A DNA stretch of 61,483 nucleotides, from the NCBI GenBank assembly GCA_046760225.1, contig JBHIDR010000001.1, positions 1 through 61,483 of the forward strand, written 5' to 3'. Source of the DNA: Candidatus Aenigmatarchaeota archaeon (lineage in GTDB: Archaea > Aenigmatarchaeota > Aenigmatarchaeia > Aenigmatarchaeales > JACQIB01). Under the pieces are notes generated by a model. It saw only the letters and a program-made list of their open reading frames with translations. It ran no database searches and was not told the DNA's origin. Position 1 is the first letter of the stretch, and every line of letters starts with the position of its first letter. The position numbers and the translations under genes were made by a program. This document shows positions 29,168 to 37,902 of this stretch, in pieces.

Positions 29168-29356
29168 ATGCCAGTACCTGTTTCAGAGGAGTCGATGTGG
29201 TTCCTGATTGTACTGATAATAGGGCTTGTAATACTGGGAATATTTGTTGCATTTGTTGTTATGCAGGGACCAGAGAGCTTTATCTGGCAGTATACGCGCA
29301 GCCTTTTCTATGACGTGATTTACTTCTTCTTCGGACCAAGGATAGTGGAAGTATGA
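29168..29356 (+). CDS. mini pilin-like/membrane protein
   Basis: MPVPVSEESMWFLIVLIIGLVILGIFVAFVVMQG resembles the previous gene (..ESIW/ESMW plus a helix). Confidence 0.5.
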   Translation: MPVPVSEESMWFLIVLIIGLVILGIFVAFVVMQGPESFIWQYTRSLFYDVIYFFFGPRIVEV

Positions 29357-29398
29357 AAAGCATTTTAAATAGCTGTTACAATTATTATTAGTGATCAA

Positions 29399-31258
29399 AT
29401 GAAGGGGATTGCTGTCCGGACTCTTGTGATGGTTGTTGGCCTCATAATAATATCCCTACTTCTTATCAGCCTGCTTGTTGCAGCTGGTGATCTGGCTGTG
29501 ATACTTCCTGAACTGTTCCTGGGATGGATACCTGAGATGAAGCCCCAGCTTGGTTATTCATCATTTGGGGGGGTTGAGATAGTTGACATTGCTGGTGATG
29601 GTCAGCCAATGACAGCCACACAAGTGGGGTGCGCGCTGGCAAGGACAGTAAGGGATGACTTTGCAGTCTACGGAGAGTCTGAGTCTGCTGCAAGGGGAAA
29701 GACCCTTGAGCCACTGACAGACGAGCTCAGGCTAATTGATGCAAAGAGATTCAGCATAGGCTTGGACAGGGTTCATTACAAGGACTTTATGCATTACTGG
29801 GAGTCAAAGAACCTCAACAGCACGCAAAAACAGAACCTCTTGGAAGGATGCGACCTAAAAGATGAAGTTACTGCTCTTCCGAATAAAGGAAATGGCTGCC
29901 CTGTTCACCTTGATGAGGCCTGTGTTTCCCTGATGATGTCAAAAATGGAGGTAGGCGAAAGGGATTTCTGCACAGGAGATAAAACCCTTATAGCAGGCGA
30001 CGGAAGGCCCTATAAGTTCGGGAACAATGAGTGCGAATACAAACCATTGGCTGAGATTCCTGTATGGCTACAGATCAGTGGTATTACTGAAGAAGAAATC
30101 CCAGGTGAGTCAACCATATCCCCTGACTGGAGACAATCATGTGCAGTCTGCAAAGGAGGTGACAGGATAAAGGGATGGATTGCTGGTGGACCAGACTATG
30201 ACAAGTACGTAAAGGACAATGAATATACAGTCAGCCTTTACAAGGTAAAGGACATGCAAACCCAGTTCTTCCCACCAGGATACGAGACATGCCCGGTTTA
30301 TCAGTATTCTTCTGGAACCCCACAAGTCCCCTATCCAAGATACGAAAAGATCAGGGACGAGGCATGCACTCCTGACTACATGTATACGGTTTACTGGAGT
30401 ACCAAAGGAAGATATTATCAGATAGAGTTCCCAAGGATACCCAAGGGCGAGTATCTAGGCAAAAAGGATGTAAATACGCTTATACTGAATGAACTTGCCC
30501 ATCCTTTCATGTACAATGATTTTGCTGCTAGAAAGTCAACAGCAGGAGTATTATACCCTGAACTCAGGATGGTAAGGAACATAACCTTCACACCTGAAAA
30601 AGACGTTCTGATAAATGACTTTGTTGACAGGTTTCTGAGGGATCTTAATTCTGGATACATGGCTGATGGTGTTGATTGGACACCAGAGTACAATGACTGC
30701 TTGGGAGAGGACTGCTACACGCTCTTCCCGAAATGGGTAATGTATCATGAGGCCTGGAAGAAGAAGAGCCCAGAAGGAGGAACAGCTGGGTGGTTTATAG
30801 ATCCTATAACAACTGCCATTACTTACGGGATAGAGTGGGCTTCTGATAAGATTCTAGGGGATGCAAACAAAGAAGTGTTTCACGAGATATACAACTGTGG
30901 AAAGGAGTTCAAGAAGAAGAACCCGGACTACAAGACAATACAGGTGCACACAAACCTGATTCCGAATGAGGACTACCTCAACTCAACCAAGAGTTACAAT
31001 ATTATCCTGACCTATTGGGCCAAGGTGAAGTATGGAAGGCAGAAGGACACGGGAAGCGAGGGGGGCTGCAGGCTTGGTGTGCCAGGTGAGTGCAGGTACT
31101 GTGTAAAGAGCTGCACTGACCACACATACAGGTGGTCTTACAACTGCATTGGCGGCACAGGCTTCACCCATGACAGGACAAATACAGTATACTTCGACCA
31201 TTCCCTGATAATTGTTGACACGGAAAGGATGGGTGCATTTGCAGGTGTTGGGCCATGA
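29399..31258 (+). CDS. large Cys-rich secreted protein with pilin-type N-terminus
   Basis: The 619-aa ORF starts MKGIAVRTLVMVVGLIIISLLLISLLVAAG. It has more than 25 Cys spread over the soluble part. Confidence 0.65.
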   Translation: MKGIAVRTLVMVVGLIIISLLLISLLVAAGDLAVILPELFLGWIPEMKPQLGYSSFGGVEIVDIAGDGQPMTATQVGCALARTVRDDFAVYGESESAARGKTLEPLTDELRLIDAKRFSIGLDRVHYKDFMHYWESKNLNSTQKQNLLEGCDLKDEVTALPNKGNGCPVHLDEACVSLMMSKMEVGERDFCTGDKTLIAGDGRPYKFGNNECEYKPLAEIPVWLQISGITEEEIPGESTISPDWRQSCAVCKGGDRIKGWIAGGPDYDKYVKDNEYTVSLYKVKDMQTQFFPPGYETCPVYQYSSGTPQVPYPRYEKIRDEACTPDYMYTVYWSTKGRYYQIEFPRIPKGEYLGKKDVNTLILNELAHPFMYNDFAARKSTAGVLYPELRMVRNITFTPEKDVLINDFVDRFLRDLNSGYMADGVDWTPEYNDCLGEDCYTLFPKWVMYHEAWKKKSPEGGTAGWFIDPITTAITYGIEWASDKILGDANKEVFHEIYNCGKEFKKKNPDYKTIQVHTNLIPNEDYLNSTKSYNIILTYWAKVKYGRQKDTGSEGGCRLGVPGECRYCVKSCTDHTYRWSYNCIGGTGFTHDRTNTVYFDHSLIIVDTERMGAFAGVGP

Positions 31259-31419
31259 AAGGGATTGAAGCTTCCTTGCAGATGGTGGTTTTCGCAGTAA
31301 TAGTAATAATCATTGTTGCTGTTGCAATATACATTGCTTACCAGGCTTTTATAGGAGGGCTGGAAATAGCAACACCAGGATTTTTGCATGACATACTCAG
31401 TGTTTTCGGAGGGGGATGA
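31255..31419 (+). CDS. mini-pilin ORF (54 aa), not in ORF track
   Basis: MKGIEASLQMVVFAVIVIIIVAVAIYIAYQAFIGG... Its ATG overlaps the previous TGA (ATGA). Confidence 0.55.
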   Translation: MKGIEASLQMVVFAVIVIIIVAVAIYIAYQAFIGGLEIATPGFLHDILSVFGGG

Positions 31420-31514
31420 AAATGAAAGGTGTGACAGAACAGACAATAAGTTTCCTGATAATGATAATACTTGCTGCCCTGATAGCATTCGTGATATGGA
31501 GGGTAATAAGCTAG
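31416..31514 (+). CDS. mini-pilin ORF (32 aa), not in ORF track
   Basis: MKMKGVTEQTISFLIMIILAALIAFVIWRVIS. Its ATG overlaps the previous stop (ATGA). Confidence 0.45.
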   Translation: MKMKGVTEQTISFLIMIILAALIAFVIWRVIS

Positions 31515-31524
31515 GTGATCAGTA

Positions 31525-31683
31525 TTGAAGAAAATACCAATATGGTTTTTGCTGGTCATAGTGATTGCAGTTGCACTGCTGGTCATCTGGCTTGTTGTTT
31601 CAGTAGCCCTGTCCGAAACAGCAGGCGGACCAGCACAGTGGCTTGTTGATTTTTTCAACAAGCTGCTCAGAAGAGGTGTATAA
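31525..31683 (+). CDS. mini membrane ORF (52 aa, TTG start), not in ORF track
   Basis: (L)KKIPIWFLLVIVIAVALLVIWLVVSVALSETAGGPAQWLVDFFNKLLRRGV. The start codon is uncertain. Confidence 0.35.
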   Translation: MKKIPIWFLLVIVIAVALLVIWLVVSVALSETAGGPAQWLVDFFNKLLRRGV

Positions 31684-31685
31684 AC

Positions 31686-31841
31686 ATGAAAGGGGTCGAG
31701 TTGCCAATCAAGATGATAATAATAATCATAGTGCTTCTCTTGGTGGCAATAATATCTGTAATAGTAATTTCAATGGTCTATGGTGTTTCTATCCCGCTGC
31801 TTGACCAGCTGAAGATGCTCATAGGAGGTGCAAAAGCATGA
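31686..31841 (+). CDS. mini-pilin ORF (51 aa), not in ORF track
   Basis: MKGVELPIKMIIIIIVLLLVAIISVIVISMV... Its stop overlaps the next ATG (ATGA at 31838). Confidence 0.55.
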   Translation: MKGVELPIKMIIIIIVLLLVAIISVIVISMVYGVSIPLLDQLKMLIGGAKA

Positions 31842-32170
31842 GGGGCGCGATAAGCCTGCCTGTTATGATAGTGATCCTGATAGTGATAGGTGTGATTGTG
31901 GTGATTGTGAGCTATTTCTTGCTCGCTCCATTGCTCAGTGTTGGCGGAGGGCAGACTGCTGCTGCATCGCTTTCCAGCTGCTGCGCGAACTTCGTGCTTG
32001 GTGGCTATTGTTCAAAGGACGAGGCAGGGAACTTTGTTGGTTTTGAGGACATAGAATGCTCAGTGGACAAGAGCCTGGACCAGACTGGAAAGATGAAGAT
32101 AACACGGCTTGCTGGTGAGGCAGGATTTTCAGCAAGCTCGGACGGCGTGCAGAAAGCATGCTGCAGGTAA
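31838..32170 (+). CDS. Cys-rich pilin-like protein
   Basis: It starts MRGAISLPVMIVILIVIGVIVVIVSYF, followed by a small domain with SSCCANF..YCS..ECS..ACC. Confidence 0.6.
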   Translation: MRGAISLPVMIVILIVIGVIVVIVSYFLLAPLLSVGGGQTAAASLSSCCANFVLGGYCSKDEAGNFVGFEDIECSVDKSLDQTGKMKITRLAGEAGFSASSDGVQKACCR

Positions 32171-32201
32171 AACTTTTTAACCAGCATTTACAACTATTGG
32201 T

Positions 32202-34472
32202 ATGCGCGGCACTTCCTATGTTGTGATGCTCGGTGTTTCTGTGCTAATAGCAGTGCTGACCCTGATTCTGATATATGTTGTTTTCCCGCGCTCGCACTGC
32301 GATGAGCTTGCACAGCTGAGTGCCCAGGAGATCAAGAGGGCAATAGAATGCGCTGCAAATTATGAGGACTACAGGGACCCGATAACAGGACGGCTCTGCA
32401 ATGCTGCTTCTGTGAAGCTATGCCAGGAGGACACGTTCAGTGTCTATGGTGTTGGTTATGTACAGGCATATCTCGGGCTCATGGTACCGGAATACATGGT
32501 CTACTACAAGCAGTTCCCCAAGAAGCGCGTTCATAGTATCTTTACACCAGGAATAGAGATGGGAGAAAGGTTTAGCATGAGCTTTTCAGAGTCCTATCCA
32601 TTTGAGAGGGCATACCTGGGCCAGAGGCCATGGGACATTAGGCCCACGCTCACGCAGTTCAAGGAGTTCTTCAAGACAAAGTACCTTGAGCAACCCTGCA
32701 CAAGTGAGAACGCGCTCTGCTTCAACATAAGGGGCAGGGAGGAGGTAGTGAAGATAGATGCACCCAGTGTGAAGAATGTAAGGATTGCAAGGCAGGGCAT
32801 GGGAATTGCAGAAACCAATCCAAGGTTCTATATTGTTGCGCCCTGCTATGCAAAAGTGAAGTTCGTGAGAGGGGACAGCATATTCCTTTTGCCAGAGGAT
32901 ATTCAGGAAGGTGAAGAAGAACAAGAAGACATAATTTATGGTTATGTTGACAGGTGCGGTGCAGGGGATGCTTCAAACTACTGCTATACTGATGAGGGCA
33001 CGCTTTCTGCGCTCGTGTCAGCCTATGCTGCTGAAACAACATGCTATGCACTTGACTATATCACAGACATACTTTCCTTTGGCACCAAGGCAGGTGTAAA
33101 AGCAGGTGCAAAGGCAGGAGTCAAGACAGCTGGCAAGAAAGTAGGAAGGGAGGTAAGTGAAAAAGCTGCAGAAGAGATGAGCGAAAGGATAGCAAGGGAG
33201 GTCATGCAGGAAGCTGAAGAACATTTTGCAAAGACAGGGCAGAGAATGACAGGAAAACAGATGCAAAGGTTAGCTGCGAAAAAGGGTGCACAAGTATTCG
33301 GAAGGGAGATAGGAGAAGAAGCAGCTGAGGAAATAGCTACAGATGTTTCATCAAGGCTTGCAACCAGGTATGCGTGGAAGAGCTCTGCAAAAGGCAAGCT
33401 TCTTGCAAGGGCCAGTGCAAGAAGAGCAGGAAAGATGTTCGGCATACCAACTAGCGGTGCTGAACTCACAAGGATGCTTGCGCCCTTGCCCTGTGTTGAC
33501 ATAGACTACTGCAGGGGTGCTGGTTCATGCGCAGAAGCAGCTGCACTGTGGCCGGGCTGGCCGTTCAAGCCTTTGACAGAATCAAGCATGCCGAAATGCA
33601 GGAGCTATGAGAGCGCGAGCGCAGTGCTCATGCCATGCTGCCTGAAGTATGAATACGGTGCTGAGAAGAACATCTCGAGGATAACATGCGAGAATCCTTC
33701 TGACCTGGTTGACCTGCTCAAGCCTGACATGGGGCTGGAGCCAAAGGACAATGTCACGCTCAAGAACCTGGCAAACTACCTGAGAATGAGCGAGGACAGG
33801 ATTGATGTTGTGTGCTCGCTTGTAAAAGGAAATTCAACAAAGGAATGCATAGACGCCCTGGAAGTGCGGGAGCACCATCTCTGGGACACATGCAGCAGCT
33901 TTGACAGTCATACATATGATTTTGAAAGGGTAAGGGATGAGACAACGCTTACTGTCTCGTTCGGGGGCTTTGGCAGTGACTGCCAGACAGAAGTTGCAAC
34001 AGAGATTTCAAAGGACAAGAAAGAATGGGAGACATTAAACGAAACAACAATACAGGGATATCCTGAGGTAGACAGGATAGTATTGAAGGGAGAATACAGC
34101 TTCAGGTACCTGAGAATAAGGGACACAGAAGAGAGGTGCCATTTGGACTGGAGCTTTGTTGCACTCGGCTCTGAAAGAGAGGGCAAGATAGAGGCAGTAA
34201 AGGGGGTTGATTACAACCTCGCGCCCTTCAGGTATGTATACTTCATAGTGCCTCCTGACTATTCCACGCAGGCGTCTGTGCTCTGCGAGGAAATCGAGCA
34301 CTGTGACTCTATTGCAGCATGGGTGGCAACTGAGGGAAGCTGGCTGAAGTATTATGCTGAAGCTGGAAAAGAGGACTTCATAATAACAGGCGGGGACGAG
34401 ATAGGAATATACACAACAGACTACAGCAAGGTCAGGTTCGGTGAGGCTGCGCCAGAGGAGGGAGTAGAATGA
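32202..34472 (+). CDS. giant Cys-rich secreted protein with pilin-type N-terminus
   Basis: The 756-aa ORF starts MRGTSYVVMLGVSVLIAVLTLILIYVV. It has an internal Ala/Lys-rich helical insert (GTKAGVKAGAKAGVKTAGKKVGRE...). Confidence 0.65.
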   Translation: MRGTSYVVMLGVSVLIAVLTLILIYVVFPRSHCDELAQLSAQEIKRAIECAANYEDYRDPITGRLCNAASVKLCQEDTFSVYGVGYVQAYLGLMVPEYMVYYKQFPKKRVHSIFTPGIEMGERFSMSFSESYPFERAYLGQRPWDIRPTLTQFKEFFKTKYLEQPCTSENALCFNIRGREEVVKIDAPSVKNVRIARQGMGIAETNPRFYIVAPCYAKVKFVRGDSIFLLPEDIQEGEEEQEDIIYGYVDRCGAGDASNYCYTDEGTLSALVSAYAAETTCYALDYITDILSFGTKAGVKAGAKAGVKTAGKKVGREVSEKAAEEMSERIAREVMQEAEEHFAKTGQRMTGKQMQRLAAKKGAQVFGREIGEEAAEEIATDVSSRLATRYAWKSSAKGKLLARASARRAGKMFGIPTSGAELTRMLAPLPCVDIDYCRGAGSCAEAAALWPGWPFKPLTESSMPKCRSYESASAVLMPCCLKYEYGAEKNISRITCENPSDLVDLLKPDMGLEPKDNVTLKNLANYLRMSEDRIDVVCSLVKGNSTKECIDALEVREHHLWDTCSSFDSHTYDFERVRDETTLTVSFGGFGSDCQTEVATEISKDKKEWETLNETTIQGYPEVDRIVLKGEYSFRYLRIRDTEERCHLDWSFVALGSEREGKIEAVKGVDYNLAPFRYVYFIVPPDYSTQASVLCEEIEHCDSIAAWVATEGSWLKYYAEAGKEDFIITGGDEIGIYTTDYSKVRFGEAAPEEGVE

Positions 34473-34924
34473 AAGGAGGCACGCAGCTCTATGACATAAT
34501 CGTGCTCATAGGCATAGTAATACTCATATTTGTCCTGATTTACTGGTCAATGACATATGGTGCGCAGATTGTTGCGGAAATGCTCTTTTCTGCACCAGAG
34601 ACAGTGCAGGACTCCCTGGCCAGCTTTATGGGTGCGGGCTGCGCTCCAGGCAACATGACAGTTGTGTTTTCAATAACACCCACTCCTTTGACAGCTTTTG
34701 TGGACAATGACACAATAAATGTTCTTCCACCTGAATACGGCTATTATTATGGAAGGGAGGTTGAAAGAGGAGGCTATATAAGGTTTGACCCGCCTGAGCC
34801 CATTGCTTATGTCAAGTGCAAGGGTGTCAGTGTTGTGACAGGTTCTGTTGACTTTGAGCCAAGAAAACACACAGCCTTTGTTGTGAACAAGACACTCAAT
34901 GAAATCGGTGTAGGTGTTAAGTAA
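34469..34924 (+). CDS. pilin-like protein
   Basis: MKGGTQLYDIIVLIGIVILIFVLIYW, with an ATGA overlap to the upstream gene. Confidence 0.6.
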   Translation: MKGGTQLYDIIVLIGIVILIFVLIYWSMTYGAQIVAEMLFSAPETVQDSLASFMGAGCAPGNMTVVFSITPTPLTAFVDNDTINVLPPEYGYYYGREVERGGYIRFDPPEPIAYVKCKGVSVVTGSVDFEPRKHTAFVVNKTLNEIGVGVK

Positions 34925-35334
34925 TGGAGATAGCTGAATTCCTGCTGAAAATGATGACTGTTGTAATACTGATACTGGGAATACTGGGAATGGTGATGCA
35001 GTCTGCTGCATATCAGGGCAATATCATCATATATGATGCTGACAGGCTCGCGCTGAACCTTGGGCATGCGCTGCTCTCTGCGCCCTGCCTGACAGAAGAA
35101 GTGGACGGAGAGCCAAGGAGAGGGATCTTCGAGGTTGGAAAACTGGATTCAGTAAAAGACCTTTGCATGGATGTGGATGCAGTATACAACATAAAGGTAG
35201 CAGGAGGGGGCAAGAGCTGGGAGTTCGGAAAGACAGTGACCAAAGGAGAATCCAGAAAATTCCCTGTTGCACTAAAGTTTTCTGATACCAGAATAGTTGC
35301 AGGTGAGATTGTTGTTAAGGTCCAGGCTATCTAA
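34924..35334 (+). CDS. pilin-like protein
   Basis: MEIAEFLLKMMTVVILILGILGMVM, with a TAATG overlap to the upstream gene. Confidence 0.55.
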   Translation: MEIAEFLLKMMTVVILILGILGMVMQSAAYQGNIIIYDADRLALNLGHALLSAPCLTEEVDGEPRRGIFEVGKLDSVKDLCMDVDAVYNIKVAGGGKSWEFGKTVTKGESRKFPVALKFSDTRIVAGEIVVKVQAI

Positions 35335-35350
35335 GAAAAGGAAAGGGGGG

Positions 35351-35806
35351 GTGTGGTACCTCTCTGACATAATCACATTCATATCATCGCTTTTCGGAAC
35401 ACTCACAATGCTCTTCATAGCAGCACTTGTTATTTTCATAATGCATGTGAATGTTTATGTATATGTGAACGGGGTGCTACTGTACGATGTACCCAACACT
35501 GACAATATCTTAATGACCTATATGGAAACAACCAACCAGGGATACAGGATGAGGGACCTCCTGACATATGCTGTTTACATGGAGAACATGAGCTTCAGAA
35601 TAGGTGATACTGAAGTTGATTTACAGAGAACAAGCCCGATAATAATGAACACCCTGACTAAAAAGCCCTATACCTTAACATTAGAGACAGACCTATCTAG
35701 CTATGAGCTTGCAAAAGCAGGGGTGCCTGGAGAACATGCTGTTGCCAAGCATACTATTGTACAGGCTGGTGAGAAAAGGGCGCTGCTGAGACTATGGAGC
35801 GGATGA
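35351..35806 (+). CDS. membrane-anchored protein of pilus locus
   Basis: A GTG start after GAAAGGGGGG gives VWYLSDIITFISSLFGTLTMLFIAALVIFI. The track ORF start at 35297 overlaps the previous gene. Confidence 0.5.
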   Translation: MWYLSDIITFISSLFGTLTMLFIAALVIFIMHVNVYVYVNGVLLYDVPNTDNILMTYMETTNQGYRMRDLLTYAVYMENMSFRIGDTEVDLQRTSPIIMNTLTKKPYTLTLETDLSSYELAKAGVPGEHAVAKHTIVQAGEKRALLRLWSG

Positions 35807-35807
35807 T

Positions 35808-36794
35808 ATGAGAAAGATGAAAGGCGTAGGACCAGCATTCGTGCTAGGATTAGTGATGATCATAATAGTCACTGTAATATTTGTTCTGGACAAGACAGTT
35901 GAGTATGATGAAAGGGCGACTATTTCCAGCAGTGCACGCTATGCTTATGATACACTGAGTGCTTCAGAAGAGCTGAAGAGGACAACTGATTCTGCTGTTG
36001 GTTTTGCTGCTGTTCAGCTGACCTCGCTTGGAGCAGAAGGAGGTGGTTTCATCAAGTGGAGCAGGGAATCGCCTACAATGGAGGACCTGGTTGAGAAGTA
36101 TACGGATGAGCTGGAGAGCAGTGTGAGCGAAGTAAAGGAAATAGAGGATTTCAGGGGCATGACAGTGGGATGGAGGACAGCAAACATAGAGCTGGAATAC
36201 AGTGACAAGAACATCACGCTCACAGGAAGCAATGGGTTCGTGATAATGAGGCATGAGAACCCCCAGGTCATGGTGCAGGCAGGCAACAATTTCAAAAGAA
36301 CAGCACAATCATCTTATTTCAGGCTGCTGCAGATAGGAAGGAACCTGTTTGAGAACCAGAGATGGAAAGTGGACGAGGATGTGATAAGCCTTGCTGTGGG
36401 TGATATGGGGGACGAGTGCAAGGAAGTGACAAACACAACATATGAGCCTGTTGTGGAGGACTTCCTGAAGTATTCGTTCCAGTGCGGTCTTGAGGGCTAT
36501 GATGGCCTGGCCTCACTTGACAGCTATACTGAAGATGAGGCTGACCTTCTGATATATAATATAGCAGATGAACTGGGTTTCTACCTAAGGGATGAATATG
36601 GCTTTGATTTCAATATCACAGCTGAGAAGGATGTTCTTGAAAGGACAGACAGTGTCCTGGTAAAGCTAAGGATAGATGTCATAATAGAGGATGAGGATTC
36701 CCTTACAATCTATGAGGAGGGATTTGATAGCCTGAGGCTGGAATTCTCAACAAACTACCAGTTTGATGTGCCCAAGGAGGCAAGCCCAGAATGA
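35808..36794 (+). CDS. pilin-signal secreted protein (328 aa)
   Basis: MRKMKGVGPAFVLGLVMIIIVTVIFVL. The start lies 2 nt after the previous stop. Confidence 0.6.
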   Translation: MRKMKGVGPAFVLGLVMIIIVTVIFVLDKTVEYDERATISSSARYAYDTLSASEELKRTTDSAVGFAAVQLTSLGAEGGGFIKWSRESPTMEDLVEKYTDELESSVSEVKEIEDFRGMTVGWRTANIELEYSDKNITLTGSNGFVIMRHENPQVMVQAGNNFKRTAQSSYFRLLQIGRNLFENQRWKVDEDVISLAVGDMGDECKEVTNTTYEPVVEDFLKYSFQCGLEGYDGLASLDSYTEDEADLLIYNIADELGFYLRDEYGFDFNITAEKDVLERTDSVLVKLRIDVIIEDEDSLTIYEEGFDSLRLEFSTNYQFDVPKEASPE

Positions 36795-36805
36795 ATATTT
36801 ATATA
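36794..36805 (+). promoter_or_regulatory. TATA-box promoter of first small pilin gene
   Basis: AATATTTATATA lies about 30 nt upstream of the ATG at 36835. The same element recurs at 37149. Confidence 0.5.
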
Positions 36806-36834
36806 GCGAGAAAGACAAATATAGGTCGATTGAA

Positions 36835-37149
36835 ATGAGGAAAGGAATAGAGCTCCCAATAAATGTCCTAGTCATACTAGTGATAGCAGTGATAGTGCTG
36901 ATTACCCTCATATTGCTTGTTATCAGTCCTCCAAGCTTGAACTGTGATACAGCAAAGGCAGGTGGCTGCCTTAAGATGATTCAGGACTGCGAAGCCGACC
37001 CATCTGCCATACCAGTTGACGATTTCAACTACCAGGGCAATGTGATAGATGACCTGCAGGATGTTTGCACGCACTGCTATGGCAAGGTCACAACAGACGA
37101 GTGCAGGGAGTTATGTGGCTGCCAAATCACTCCAGCGGGTGCAGAATAA
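36835..37149 (+). CDS. small Cys-rich pilin (candidate major subunit)
   Basis: It starts MRKGIELPINVLVILVIAVIVLITLILLVI, followed by a 70-aa domain with 8 Cys. It has its own TATA box. Confidence 0.65.
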   Translation: MRKGIELPINVLVILVIAVIVLITLILLVISPPSLNCDTAKAGGCLKMIQDCEADPSAIPVDDFNYQGNVIDDLQDVCTHCYGKVTTDECRELCGCQITPAGAE

Positions 37150-37160
37150 ATATTTATATA
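37149..37160 (+). promoter_or_regulatory. TATA-box promoter of second small pilin gene
   Basis: AATATTTATATA is followed by the AAGGAG SD and the ATG at 37193. The 19-nt block cagaatRaatatttatata is shared with 36787. Confidence 0.5.
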
Positions 37161-37192
37161 TACGGCTTCAAATACAGACTAAGGAGATAGCT

Positions 37193-37519
37193 ATGAAAGG
37201 CATAGAACTTCCAGTGAACGTGTTAGTGATCATAGCGGTGGCTGTTCTGGTCATGCTCGGCCTGGTTGCAATATACTTTGCAAATCCAGGTGATGTTCTT
37301 GCTAAGTCAGCAGCAACAAACGAAGCATGCGGTGAGCTGCAGCAGAAAGGGTGCAGGGAAGGCAACCTCAACAACATTCCATTCGGCTATGGTGCCTATG
37401 ACAGCTTGTATGACTATTGTGTAGACACGTGCAAAGACTATGTAGATGTGGACAAGTGCTGCAGAGCCATTATTTGTGGTGGCGCATGTCCAGGACTTCC
37501 GAAACCAGAGCGAAAATAA
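37193..37519 (+). CDS. small Cys-rich pilin (candidate major subunit), paralog
   Basis: It starts MKGIELPVNVLVIIAVAVLVMLGLVAIYF, followed by a Cys-rich domain. The track ORF N-terminus (37049) overlaps the previous gene. Confidence 0.65.
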   Translation: MKGIELPVNVLVIIAVAVLVMLGLVAIYFANPGDVLAKSAATNEACGELQQKGCREGNLNNIPFGYGAYDSLYDYCVDTCKDYVDVDKCCRAIICGGACPGLPKPERK

Positions 37520-37553
37520 AACCAGTATACTGAAAACAAAGGGGGTGTAACCA

Positions 37554-37838
37554 ATGGCAGAAAACGCAGACAGCAATGTTGTTTTTATAGGAAAGAAACC
37601 AGCAATGAGCTATGTACTGGCCTGTGTGACACAGTTCAATGACGGGAAGCCTGAGGTGATACTCAAGGCAAGAGGAAGGGCAATAAGCCATGCAGTTGAC
37701 GTTGCAGAGATTGTGAGGAACAAGTTCGTGACAGACACGGATGTAAAAGCAGTGGCAATAGGAACTGAGCAGGTGAGCGCAGAGGGCGGAGAGAAGCTCA
37801 ACGTGAGTAGCATCGAGATAGTGCTGGCAAAGAAGTGA
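37554..37838 (+). CDS. albA: DNA/RNA-binding protein Alba
   Basis: [51 protein letters not shown] is canonical Alba. Size is 94 aa. Confidence 0.9.
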   Translation: MAENADSNVVFIGKKPAMSYVLACVTQFNDGKPEVILKARGRAISHAVDVAEIVRNKFVTDTDVKAVAIGTEQVSAEGGEKLNVSSIEIVLAKK

Positions 37839-37846
37839 CATTTTTG

Positions 37847-37880
37847 GCGGGCTTCGGCCCGTACATTTCTATTTTTATTT
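37847..37880 (+). terminator. hairpin plus T-rich tract after alba
   Basis: The GCGGGC-TTCG-GCCCGT stem-loop is followed by catttctatttttattt. Confidence 0.3.
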
Positions 37881-37902
37881 ACCTTAAACATAATAACATA
37901 GC

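Noticed and set aside
28249-35811. An identical 13-mer (gcggatgatatga) at two gene junctions, 28249 and 35799.
   Set aside because: It is explained by convergent stop/SD/start coupling (..GGA TGA TATGA..). Random 13-mer matches are expected at this window size, so it is not treated as a mobile or regulatory repeat.
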